Source of the DNA: Candidatus Woesearchaeota archaeon
GTDB taxonomy: Archaea; Nanobdellota; Nanobdellia; SCGC-AAA011-G17; PNOQ01
Length of the DNA stretch: 16,129 bases
Direction: 5' to 3'
NCBI GenBank assembly: GCA_964344655.1
Contig: CAYFOF010000004.1
Coordinates: forward strand, 17,315 to 33,443
The notes below the pieces were generated by a model. The model was not told the DNA's origin. It searched no databases and was given only the letters and a program-made list of their open reading frames with translations. Position numbers and translations under genes: made by a program. Of this stretch, positions 7,121-13,560 are shown one piece after another (within the stretch, counting starts at the first letter, position 1; every line of letters starts with the position of its first letter).

Positions 7121-8497
7121 TTTAAAAAGATTATATTTTTTAATTGGAGTTAATTTCTTTGCAACTTTTTCAACCACCAAATCATCACACCAAACAGTTC
7201 CAGCAATATCATCTCCATCAGGATTCTCACCCAATTTATAACAAAGAATACTTAAATAAGAAATATCTTCTCTATCAATATTAGTTTGATATTCAACATA
7301 TGTCCATCCCAAATTATTAACTTTTCTCCAATCATATACAATGTCAAAAGGACAATTCCACATATTATCTTCAATAGTATGATTATCACCAACACAATGC
7401 ACTCCAATAGAACCATAACATTCACTATTTCGGCAAACAGGATCAACTTTTACATAACCACCCAATTTATATGTCTCCCCATATTCAACAGGAACATCTT
7501 GGCCAAGAAAAGCATTATTATCTTCATCTTTCAATATTATGCTATATTTTCCTGTTCGTGAATTCGCACTATCCATGCCAATAATTGGTTCCCCCACAAA
7601 ACTAGCTGTCCAACCATCTGGAATTAAGTTATCAAAAACAGCATCATCAAGATCCCAAGTTAAATCAAAATCAACACCCAAATCAATCTCATAAGAAGGG
7701 TTGTTAACTAAATTATCTGTATGTTCAAAATAATAATTCTCCACCTCATTTGAAGTTAATACTTTATTATAAATAATAAGTTCATCAAGGTCTCCCCTGA
7801 AAAATCTATCTGGAGCAGTATTTGCACCAATATGTAAATCATTTGTATTTCCTAAAACACTTACTGCATTAGGATTACTATCAACCTCAACACCATTTTT
7901 ATAAACAGTTAATAGTGTATTAGAAGCATCATAAGTAATCGCAAGATGTTGCCAACCTTCATCAGCTAAAAATTTAACATTATTTTGAAGAGGATGGGAA
8001 TTTGCATAATTAATGAAATAAACATCTTTTAAATCATATTTTTCTAAAGCATAACCCGAATTAACAGCATTTGAACTCCAGTGTTCCTTAGATAAAACAC
8101 TAATATTTTCCCCTTGAATAAAGTTATCAAATTTAACCCAAAGAAGAATACTAAAATCCTTACTCAAATCTAAATCATTATTATCTGAGATAGTAATAAA
8201 ATCATCAACACCATCAAAAGAATAAGCTCCATTAAAACTTTGGTCATAGCCAGATGTAGAAGAAGGACAACTACCACCCAAACAAGAAGCATCATAATCA
8301 TTACCAGAATAATCTAAAATATCCCCATTAAAAGGAAGGTAAAGCACCATATCAGATTGATCCATAACTATTGAAGCTCCCCCACCATCTCCTGTATCTC
8401 TAATTTGCATTGCAAGTTGAGGGCCATCGTTAACAACCCCAATAATTAAAACAATTAATAATACAAGAAAAATACCATAAAGAGTTTTATTCAACAC
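7115..8497 (-). CDS. Membrane-anchored surface protein with a LamG (concanavalin A-like lectin) domain and a C-terminal CBM4/9-like jelly-roll domain
   Basis: 460 aa with a GTG start preceded by AAGGTGAT.
- N-terminal hydrophobic anchor: IFLVLLIVLIIGVV.
- LamG-like signature: LYLPFNG...DYSGN, FDGVDDFITI, FSILLWVK, WQHLAITYD, LTVYKNGV, LHIGAN, FRGDLDELIIYNKVLTSNEV.
- C-terminal half: the pattern GW...TGKYS...YGETYKLGGYVKV...WTYVEY...VWCDDLVVE is typical of carbohydrate-binding jelly rolls. Confidence 0.8.
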   Translation of the reverse strand: MLNKTLYGIFLVLLIVLIIGVVNDGPQLAMQIRDTGDGGGASIVMDQSDMVLYLPFNGDILDYSGNDYDASCLGGSCPSSTSGYDQSFNGAYSFDGVDDFITISDNNDLDLSKDFSILLWVKFDNFIQGENISVLSKEHWSSNAVNSGYALEKYDLKDVYFINYANSHPLQNNVKFLADEGWQHLAITYDASNTLLTVYKNGVEVDSNPNAVSVLGNTNDLHIGANTAPDRFFRGDLDELIIYNKVLTSNEVENYYFEHTDNLVNNPSYEIDLGVDFDLTWDLDDAVFDNLIPDGWTASFVGEPIIGMDSANSRTGKYSIILKDEDNNAFLGQDVPVEYGETYKLGGYVKVDPVCRNSECYGSIGVHCVGDNHTIEDNMWNCPFDIVYDWRKVNNLGWTYVEYQTNIDREDISYLSILCYKLGENPDGDDIAGTVWCDDLVVEKVAKKLTPIKKYNLFKL

Positions 8498-8530
8498 ATA
8501 TCACCTTATCATCTAAAAAATATTAATAGT

Positions 8531-8543
8531 ATATAAATTTAAT
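8531..8543 (-). promoter_or_regulatory. TATA-like element (ATTAAATTTATAT on the minus strand) upstream of the LamG gene
   Basis: It lies about 40 nt upstream of the GTG at 8497, leaving room for a short 5' UTR that contains the AAGGTGAT SD. Confidence 0.35.
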
Positions 8544-8544
8544 C

Positions 8545-8562
8545 AAAAGAAAAAGAAAAAAA
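8545..8562 (-). terminator. Oligo-T terminator after the 75-aa ORF
   Basis: The minus strand reads TTTTTTTCTTTTTCTTTT immediately after the TAA stop at 8563-8565. T-runs are the known archaeal intrinsic termination signal. Confidence 0.5.
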
Positions 8563-8790
8563 TTAATCTTCTCTTGGTTTTCCAAGAAGGTAAAAATGTT
8601 TCAACTCCTCCCTATATCCTATGTCAGTAACACCATCAAGATATCCTCTACCACCAATCTCCCTTTTATCCACCATCATTCTAGTTTTAACAACAGAATA
8701 ATCGATAAAAACCCAACCTTGCTTAAGTAATTGATTTGCAGCCTCTTCAGTTCTCACATTTGCCAACTCTGTTATATTTTCTAATCCCAT
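8563..8790 (-). CDS. Hypothetical 75-aa cytoplasmic protein, translationally coupled to the upstream surface-protein gene
   Basis: ATG ORF. Its SD (AGGTG) overlaps the TAG stop of the upstream 613-aa ORF (GAG TAG GTG TTA AAA ATG), with only an 8-nt gap. It has no signal peptide or transmembrane segment, and I recognise no family. Confidence 0.6.
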   Translation of the reverse strand: MGLENITELANVRTEEAANQLLKQGWVFIDYSVVKTRMMVDKREIGGRGYLDGVTDIGYREELKHFYLLGKPRED

Positions 8791-8798
8791 TTTAACAC

Positions 8799-10640
8799 CT
8801 ACTCATCATCATCAAACTCTATGACAAATTCATCCTCTTCTTCGGCTTTTGTTTCTTCTTTCTTTGGAGCTTTTTCCTTTTTAGGTTTCTTCTCTTTCTT
8901 AGGCTTTTCTTCTTTTTTCTCAGATTTCTTTATAGGTTTTTCATCATCAAACGTTTCTATAACAAAATCATCAACTTCTTCAGCCTTCAAAGATTCATCT
9001 TTTTTGGGTTCTTCAGCCTTCAAAACTTGCTCTTCTTCAATTTCTTCTTCAAAGAATTTAACAATTTTCTCCCAAGTTTTAGTCTTATTCATAGTAACAA
9101 CAGCACCAATTACAACTACTAAAATTATTATTTGTAACCAATACCCAACTATTATTGCACCAATACCAACAAAGATAGATTTCAAACTATTGAAAAATTC
9201 ACCAAAGAAATTAGTTCCTTGAACATCTTCTTCCACTACATCTCCAGTTACATCTTCCAATCCAGTTTCTTCTTCTTCAACAACTTCAGGTTGTTCCAAT
9301 AAAGAATAACTAATATCGGCTTTATCACCTACAAAACCAGCAAAGAAAATTTCAATGTCTTCAACTTCATCTCCATTTACATCTACATTCTTTATATCTC
9401 CCGGATATAATTGAACATATATTGGATCTGAAGATAATTCAACCAATAAAACTTCACCAGATCTTTCTAAAATAGTCATTACATGATCTTCTTCACCAAC
9501 TTGGAAATCTACACTCTCTCCCAAATCCATCAAAGTTCCTACAACTTCTACTTCCTCCTCTTCTTCAACAATTTCTTCTTCAGGAGTTTCTTCTTCAATT
9601 TCTTCTTCCAAATCTTCAGCTACCTCTTCTTCTAAATCAACTAAAGGTTCATCTTCAGAAACCTCAGAAGGTCCACCAAATAAATCAGCAAAAAATGCTA
9701 CAATTTTATCCCAAAGAGAAGGTCCTCCTTCTGGAGAATAATCTTGAACATCTTCAGGACTATCCGTAATTGTTATTTTAACTTCATCAGATGCTAAAAT
9801 AGTTGAATCATCCAATCTAACAGCAATACTTGCTTCATAATCTCCATTTGTAACTTGACTAGAAGGTGCAATATACAAATAAACAATCTCTGATTTACCC
9901 GGATCAACTTCTATTGTAGAAGGATTCAAATAAACAAAGTTAGATGCAGTTCCACTCACAGATAAACTATAAGTTGCTCTATCTGCTCCTTTATTTTCAA
10001 CAACAACTGGAACAGTTGCACTTGCATCATAATACACATTTATAGATTTTTCATCCAAACTCAATAATGCATCATAACATTCTTCTTGTGTTGCAGTTTG
10101 AATAGTCATAAAATCACTACTTGCAATTTTATCGCTATCTTTGGCAGTAACACTAACTTCAACATCATAAACTGCTGCTGGCGTATCATACTGTGGGAAA
10201 ACCTTTAACATTAATTGTTTTTCTTCTCCAGCCCCCAAAGAAACCGAAGTTTCATCAACACTAACCCAACCAGGGCCATCAACATCTACAAAGAATTCCT
10301 TTGCAAACTCTCCTTGATTTCTAACTAAAACAGTATATGTGTTTTCTAAAGCATTACATATTTTATCTTCACTTTTTTCTAATACAACAGAAACATCATA
10401 GCATTTCTTTACATTTACATCAAAAACATTTACTGCCTTAATAGTTCCTCTTTCTGGAGTAGCTTCAAATGTAACTTGGAAACTTCCTTCAACACCATAA
10501 TCTGGAACTAATTCTAAATTAACAGATCCACTTGAACCAGCAGGAATTTCTAATCTATTTCTTTCTAAATTAGCCCATAAAGGTCCATCTAAGTCTAAAT
10601 CAAAAACATTTGGTGTTGTACCAGAGTTTAGAATGTTCAC
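8799..10640 (-). CDS. C-terminal portion of a surface protein: Ig-like (CARDB-like) repeats, acidic linkers, a transmembrane helix and a K/E-rich cytoplasmic tail
   Basis: 613-aa ORF.
- The only candidate start is a GTG with no SD, and there is no signal peptide.
- It contains about 105-aa repeats beginning CYD (Cys80, Cys188).
- E-rich linkers are followed by a transmembrane helix, IFVGIGAIIVGYWLQIIILVVVIGAVVTM (about 9090-9179).
- The tail is Lys/Glu-rich.
- The sequence continues the repeat series of the upstream 259-aa ORF. Confidence 0.75.
   Translation of the reverse strand: MNILNSGTTPNVFDLDLDGPLWANLERNRLEIPAGSSGSVNLELVPDYGVEGSFQVTFEATPERGTIKAVNVFDVNVKKCYDVSVVLEKSEDKICNALENTYTVLVRNQGEFAKEFFVDVDGPGWVSVDETSVSLGAGEEKQLMLKVFPQYDTPAAVYDVEVSVTAKDSDKIASSDFMTIQTATQEECYDALLSLDEKSINVYYDASATVPVVVENKGADRATYSLSVSGTASNFVYLNPSTIEVDPGKSEIVYLYIAPSSQVTNGDYEASIAVRLDDSTILASDEVKITITDSPEDVQDYSPEGGPSLWDKIVAFFADLFGGPSEVSEDEPLVDLEEEVAEDLEEEIEEETPEEEIVEEEEEVEVVGTLMDLGESVDFQVGEEDHVMTILERSGEVLLVELSSDPIYVQLYPGDIKNVDVNGDEVEDIEIFFAGFVGDKADISYSLLEQPEVVEEEETGLEDVTGDVVEEDVQGTNFFGEFFNSLKSIFVGIGAIIVGYWLQIIILVVVIGAVVTMNKTKTWEKIVKFFEEEIEEEQVLKAEEPKKDESLKAEEVDDFVIETFDDEKPIKKSEKKEEKPKKEKKPKKEKAPKKEETKAEEEDEFVIEFDDDE
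8802..8972 (-). repeat. Duplicated tail motif KAEE-x-D-[DE]-FVIE-(T)-FDD-[DE], with copies at 8940-8972 and 8802-8834
   Basis: Decoded codon by codon, DDFVIETFDDE is encoded at 8940-8972 and DEFVIEFDDDE at 8802-8834, the extreme C-terminus. Each copy is preceded by (L/T)KAEE. The two copies are separated by a KKEKKPKKEK spacer. Confidence 0.7.
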
Positions 10641-11379
10641 AAATATTAATTAAATCTCTTTCAGTATTAACATCAAAATCATAACAACCATCTATTGTCA
10701 ACAAAGCAACTTGAGATCTAACAGAGCTTCCTGAAACAGGATCTACTGTAACACTAAACTCATAATCTCCAGCTTGACTTTCACAAGAAGATTGCACATA
10801 AGCATAAATTACTTTACTTTCACCAGGAGCCAAACTTAAAGTATTCTGACTTAAAACAACATCACCAGAATAAGCCCCTTCAACACTTAATTGATAATTC
10901 TCTAAATACTCTCCCAAATTAGTTATTTGAAATCCAAACTTTTCATCCTCACAAGGGCAAATACTTTTTTGAGTATCTAAAACATCAAATGAATATTCAT
11001 AACAATCTCCAACTACAACATTATGTGAAATTGACTTAGAAATTCCATTTGCATTTGCATCAATTTGTAAAACATAATTTCCCACTCCAACACTTGACAT
11101 TGGAGTTATGTAAGTATAAATATTTTTTATCTCTCCAGGATACAGTGTAAATCCAGTTGGAACAGTAGTAGCAAAAGCAGCAGCACTGCCAGAAGAAGAC
11201 ACACTAAAATCTAAAACACCGTCTCCATCATTAGTCACAACATCCGCATATAATCCTGTAGATCTAGGACAAACACTATCTAATTCAGCCCCAGAATAAA
11301 ATGTATAACTATCACTCGCAAAAGCAATAGGCAATATAAATAAAAACAATAATACTAATCCTAATTTTTTATTACTCAT
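10600..11379 (-). CDS. N-terminal portion of the surface protein: signal peptide plus Ig-like (CARDB-like) repeats
   Basis: 259-aa ORF with an SD (GGGGG) 8 nt before the ATG. It has a cleavable-looking signal peptide (MSNKKLGLVLLFLFILPIAFAS). Repeats start at CYE (residue 126) and CYD (residue 232). The ORF ends in an atypical ICEHSKLWYNTKCF tail after the third repeat begins. Confidence 0.75.
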   Translation of the reverse strand: MSNKKLGLVLLFLFILPIAFASDSYTFYSGAELDSVCPRSTGLYADVVTNDGDGVLDFSVSSSGSAAAFATTVPTGFTLYPGEIKNIYTYITPMSSVGVGNYVLQIDANANGISKSISHNVVVGDCYEYSFDVLDTQKSICPCEDEKFGFQITNLGEYLENYQLSVEGAYSGDVVLSQNTLSLAPGESKVIYAYVQSSCESQAGDYEFSVTVDPVSGSSVRSQVALLTIDGCYDFDVNTERDLINICEHSKLWYNTKCF

Positions 11380-11420
11380 TGTATAAACCCCCTTTTGTTA
11401 CTCTAAAGAGATTCTTACTT

Positions 11421-11431
11421 AATTTAAAAAG
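11421..11431 (-). promoter_or_regulatory. TATA-like element (CTTTTTAAATT on the minus strand) upstream of the surface-protein gene
   Basis: It lies about 45 nt upstream of the ATG at 11379. The predicted 5' UTR of about 20 nt would include the GGGGG SD at about 11389-11393. Confidence 0.4.
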
Positions 11432-11482
11432 AATATTATAATCAGAAATATATACTTAATCATATTTTATTTATAAACATTT

Positions 11483-11511
11483 AAAAAGAATTTAAAAAAG
11501 AAAAAAAGAAA
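11483..11511 (-). terminator. Oligo-T terminator after the Cys-rich protein gene
   Basis: The minus strand reads TTTCTTTTTTTCTTTTTTAAATTCTTTTT directly after the TAA stop at 11512-11514. Confidence 0.5.
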
Positions 11512-12162
11512 TTAACAACACCTGCAATGTAATTTTTCTCCACCAGGCGCATTTGTATTATTTAAGGAATAGGTATCTTTACAGTCAGTTTCAGTATCTG
11601 TAACAATCCATCCCAAATCTCCCACATAATATAGATAATCTTCTTTAACACATGTTTGTCCTAGATCTGCACAATAATCATCGCAATTTGTAGTTAAAGC
11701 ACCTTGAATCTCCGTTACTTCACACGCATTCAAAATATCTAAAACCTTTTGATAGGCTGCACCAGGTTTACATTCTCCATTATAACATCCATCTTCACAA
11801 CCAAGTTTACGATAAGTCATCTGATTTCCATCACAAATAGATTCTAAAATATAACACTTTGGAATTCCAGGATTCATACCCCCATCACAAGATTCAACAA
11901 TTCTATTTTCATCATTCAATCCATACGACAAAGCGCATCTATCATGCAGTGTATCTAAATTATCATCTTGAGTATATCCATACTCTTGAATAAAATCTCC
12001 GCCATCGCTATCTATACAAAAGCTATCAGAAACACCTCCCCTCGTAGCTCCTCCGCCAATAGCCTTGATCTGGGCAGCCAATTGTGGGTCTTCTTGCATT
12101 AACTCACAACCCGAAATTAAAATAACAGCCAAAAACAAAATCCCAAACATTACTTTCTTCAT
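11512..12162 (-). CDS. Secreted cysteine-rich protein, putative lipoprotein (17 Cys)
   Basis: 216 aa with an SD (GGAGATGA) upstream. The signal peptide ends in a lipobox-like LISGC. Sixteen further Cys residues include a C-I-DSDGG module and a terminal HCRCC. The composition is acidic. Confidence 0.75.
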   Translation of the reverse strand: MKKVMFGILFLAVILISGCELMQEDPQLAAQIKAIGGGATRGGVSDSFCIDSDGGDFIQEYGYTQDDNLDTLHDRCALSYGLNDENRIVESCDGGMNPGIPKCYILESICDGNQMTYRKLGCEDGCYNGECKPGAAYQKVLDILNACEVTEIQGALTTNCDDYCADLGQTCVKEDYLYYVGDLGWIVTDTETDCKDTYSLNNTNAPGGEKLHCRCC

Positions 12163-12209
12163 TACATATCATCTCCTTTTCAAGGTATTATAAAGAAAAT
12201 AAGAATTTT

Positions 12210-12223
12210 ACATATATATATGT
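12210..12223 (-). promoter_or_regulatory. Palindromic TATA element ACATATATATATGT upstream of the Cys-rich protein gene
   Basis: A perfect 14-nt palindrome centred about 54 nt upstream of the ATG at 12162. It would give a 5' UTR of about 28 nt that contains the SD. Confidence 0.4.
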
Positions 12224-12238
12224 TTCTATAAATTATTT

Positions 12239-12260
12239 AAAAAAAGAAAAAAAGAAAAAA
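12239..12260 (-). terminator. Oligo-T terminator after the S-layer-like gene
   Basis: The minus strand reads TTTTTTCTTTTTTTCTTTTTTT, starting 4 nt after the TAA stop at 12265-12267. Confidence 0.55.
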
Positions 12261-12264
12261 GATT

Positions 12265-13512
12265 TTAGTAGTATGTTTGATCTTCGTCAAGCATTGGTTC
12301 TTCTAAATCATCGCCTTTTCCTAATTTTTTAGCTACCAAAATGATACCTAAAATAACTAAGATAACCAATAATACAGCGAAGCCAATTTCAAGATCTTGT
12401 TTTACATCACTAAAGCTAGCAGAATCTTGTGCAACTTTAGTTGTAACTTCAAACTCTTCTAAAACATTTGTTCCAGCTTTTACTACAACATTGAAAGTAT
12501 ATTCGCCAAAGTCAGCATCTTCATCTACAGAGACAAAAACGTAAGCTTTACCGTCTTCCATTCTAACTTCTGATGTTCCGAAGTTAAGACCTTCTACTTC
12601 AACATTATATTCTACATTTGGATTTTCTAACAATACTTTGTAAACTATAGCTTTACCAGCGCTAGCTACTTGGTATTGTGTATCCATACTGATTTGAGAA
12701 TCGTAAGCTTGACCAGCACCAACTACCAAAGAGTAAACTTCTTCGCTGTAGTCATCACCATCATCAAAGTATACCTTGAAGTGTACATCATATACACCAG
12801 ATGGTACAGTTAATGGTAGATTAACCAATAATTGCTTGTACAACTTATATTCGTCGTCATCGTCAGCTGAATCTCCTTCAGCATAATCTTCTGTCACTAA
12901 ATCGAATCTATCAGTTCTTGTAGTTAAACCTAGCTCTGGGATACTCATAACAACATAAACATCTTCTTCTTCATGTCTTCCTTCGTTAGCTACACCAACA
13001 CTTGCAGTGAATATTTCACCAGCATCTGCTTGTAAGCCATTTCTAAAGTTAACATCGAAAATTTCAACGAAATGTCTTTCCCTTTTAACATTTAATTGAA
13101 TAACAACTCTGTCCAATTCATTTCCATCGTTATCATTCATTGTTATAACTAAGTTTTCGTTACCTAACAAATCTTCATCATCGCTAATTTCAACTTCAAA
13201 AGCATGAGTACCGATGTGATTTGCTTCGATATCAAATTCTTCACTTTCAATTTCGTCACCATCAAATTCAACTTCGATTTCAACGTCATCAATAATTCCT
13301 ACTAAATCAGAAGCGCCTGTCCATTCAACATCTACTTCAATAGTAGAATCTAAATAAACTGGAGCATAGATTAAATCAGAAGTTTCAGACAAATCGAATT
13401 CTATGCCTTCGATAGTTACAGTTGTTATCTCAGCTTGTTCGTTTGCTGATACATTGAAAGCTGTTACGAAAAGTAACATTACAACTGTTAACAGTTTCAA
13501 ATATTTATTCAT
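12265..13512 (-). CDS. Acidic cell-surface protein with a C-terminal membrane anchor; candidate major envelope (S-layer-like) protein
   Basis: 415 aa.
- Signal peptide: MNKYLKLLTVVMLLFVTAFNVSA.
- Ectodomain: highly acidic and beta-rich, with CARDB-like stretches (IFTASVGVANEG..., YDVHFKVYF, YTFNVVVKAG).
- C-terminal transmembrane helix IGFAVLLVILVILGIILVA, followed by KKLGK and a short acidic tail.
- Strong SD (GGAGGG) 8 nt from the ATG.
- Enriched in C-ending codons. Confidence 0.8.
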   Translation of the reverse strand: MNKYLKLLTVVMLLFVTAFNVSANEQAEITTVTIEGIEFDLSETSDLIYAPVYLDSTIEVDVEWTGASDLVGIIDDVEIEVEFDGDEIESEEFDIEANHIGTHAFEVEISDDEDLLGNENLVITMNDNDGNELDRVVIQLNVKRERHFVEIFDVNFRNGLQADAGEIFTASVGVANEGRHEEEDVYVVMSIPELGLTTRTDRFDLVTEDYAEGDSADDDDEYKLYKQLLVNLPLTVPSGVYDVHFKVYFDDGDDYSEEVYSLVVGAGQAYDSQISMDTQYQVASAGKAIVYKVLLENPNVEYNVEVEGLNFGTSEVRMEDGKAYVFVSVDEDADFGEYTFNVVVKAGTNVLEEFEVTTKVAQDSASFSDVKQDLEIGFAVLLVILVILGIILVAKKLGKGDDLEEPMLDEDQTYY

Positions 13513-13560
13513 CTTTTAACCCTCCATAAGTTAATAAATATGTTACACTCGAGTAGTTGT

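Larger units (their letters stand above)
8799..11379 (-). pseudogene. Single surface-protein gene of about 860 aa interrupted by a frameshift near 10600-10650 (possible causes: mutation, assembly error or recoding)
   Basis: The 259-aa ORF supplies the signal peptide and repeats 1-2 plus the start of repeat 3. The 613-aa ORF supplies the rest of repeat 3, repeats 4-5 and the membrane anchor. The two ORFs overlap by 41 nt in different frames. Confidence 0.55.

Noticed and set aside
93-7561. Numerous 60-160-aa ORFs lie antisense to or overlap real genes: 93-317, 223-432, 1018-1239, 2588-3013, 3496-3687, 4246-4455, 4734-4928, 5707-5967, 6013-6483, 6177-6428, 7252-7446 and 7286-7561. Some look like Leu/Phe-rich membrane proteins.
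   Set aside because: They are mirror images of Lys/Glu/Asn-rich coding sequence (AAA/GAA/AAT read as TTT/TTC/ATT). Their translations are low-complexity L/F/I/S strings. They lack SD or TATA context, and each is fully embedded in a gene with strong motif support.
7115-8497. The LamG/CBM protein, or the Ig-repeat protein, might be a target of a diversity-generating retroelement, as reported for some small-genome archaea.
   Set aside because: There is no reverse transcriptase gene in the window, and I saw no roughly 100-nt near-identical template/variable repeat pair with adenine-specific differences. This cannot be excluded if the element lies outside the window.
8821-9222. A 133-aa plus-strand ORF (Ser/Phe-rich) opposite the tail of the surface protein, and a 67-aa ORF at 12341-12544 opposite the S-layer-like gene.
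   Set aside because: They are antisense artefacts of the K/E-rich tail and of the transmembrane and acidic regions. Their composition is not protein-like and they have no initiation signals.
9230-9680. Repetitive TTCTTC-rich DNA that might be a tandem repeat or simple-sequence locus.
   Set aside because: It is in-frame GAA/GAG (Glu) codon bias that encodes the acidic linkers of the surface protein. The periodicity is imperfect, and it has no unit structure beyond codon repetition.
12034-12090. The PQLAAQIKAIGGG segment resembles a double-glycine (C39 peptidase) leader, with hydrophobic residues at -4 and -7 relative to GG.
   Set aside because: It follows a hydrophobic signal or anchor segment rather than forming the extreme N-terminus. 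The LamG copy (QIRDTGDGGG) does not keep the -4 hydrophobic residue. No C39-ABC transporter is present in the window.
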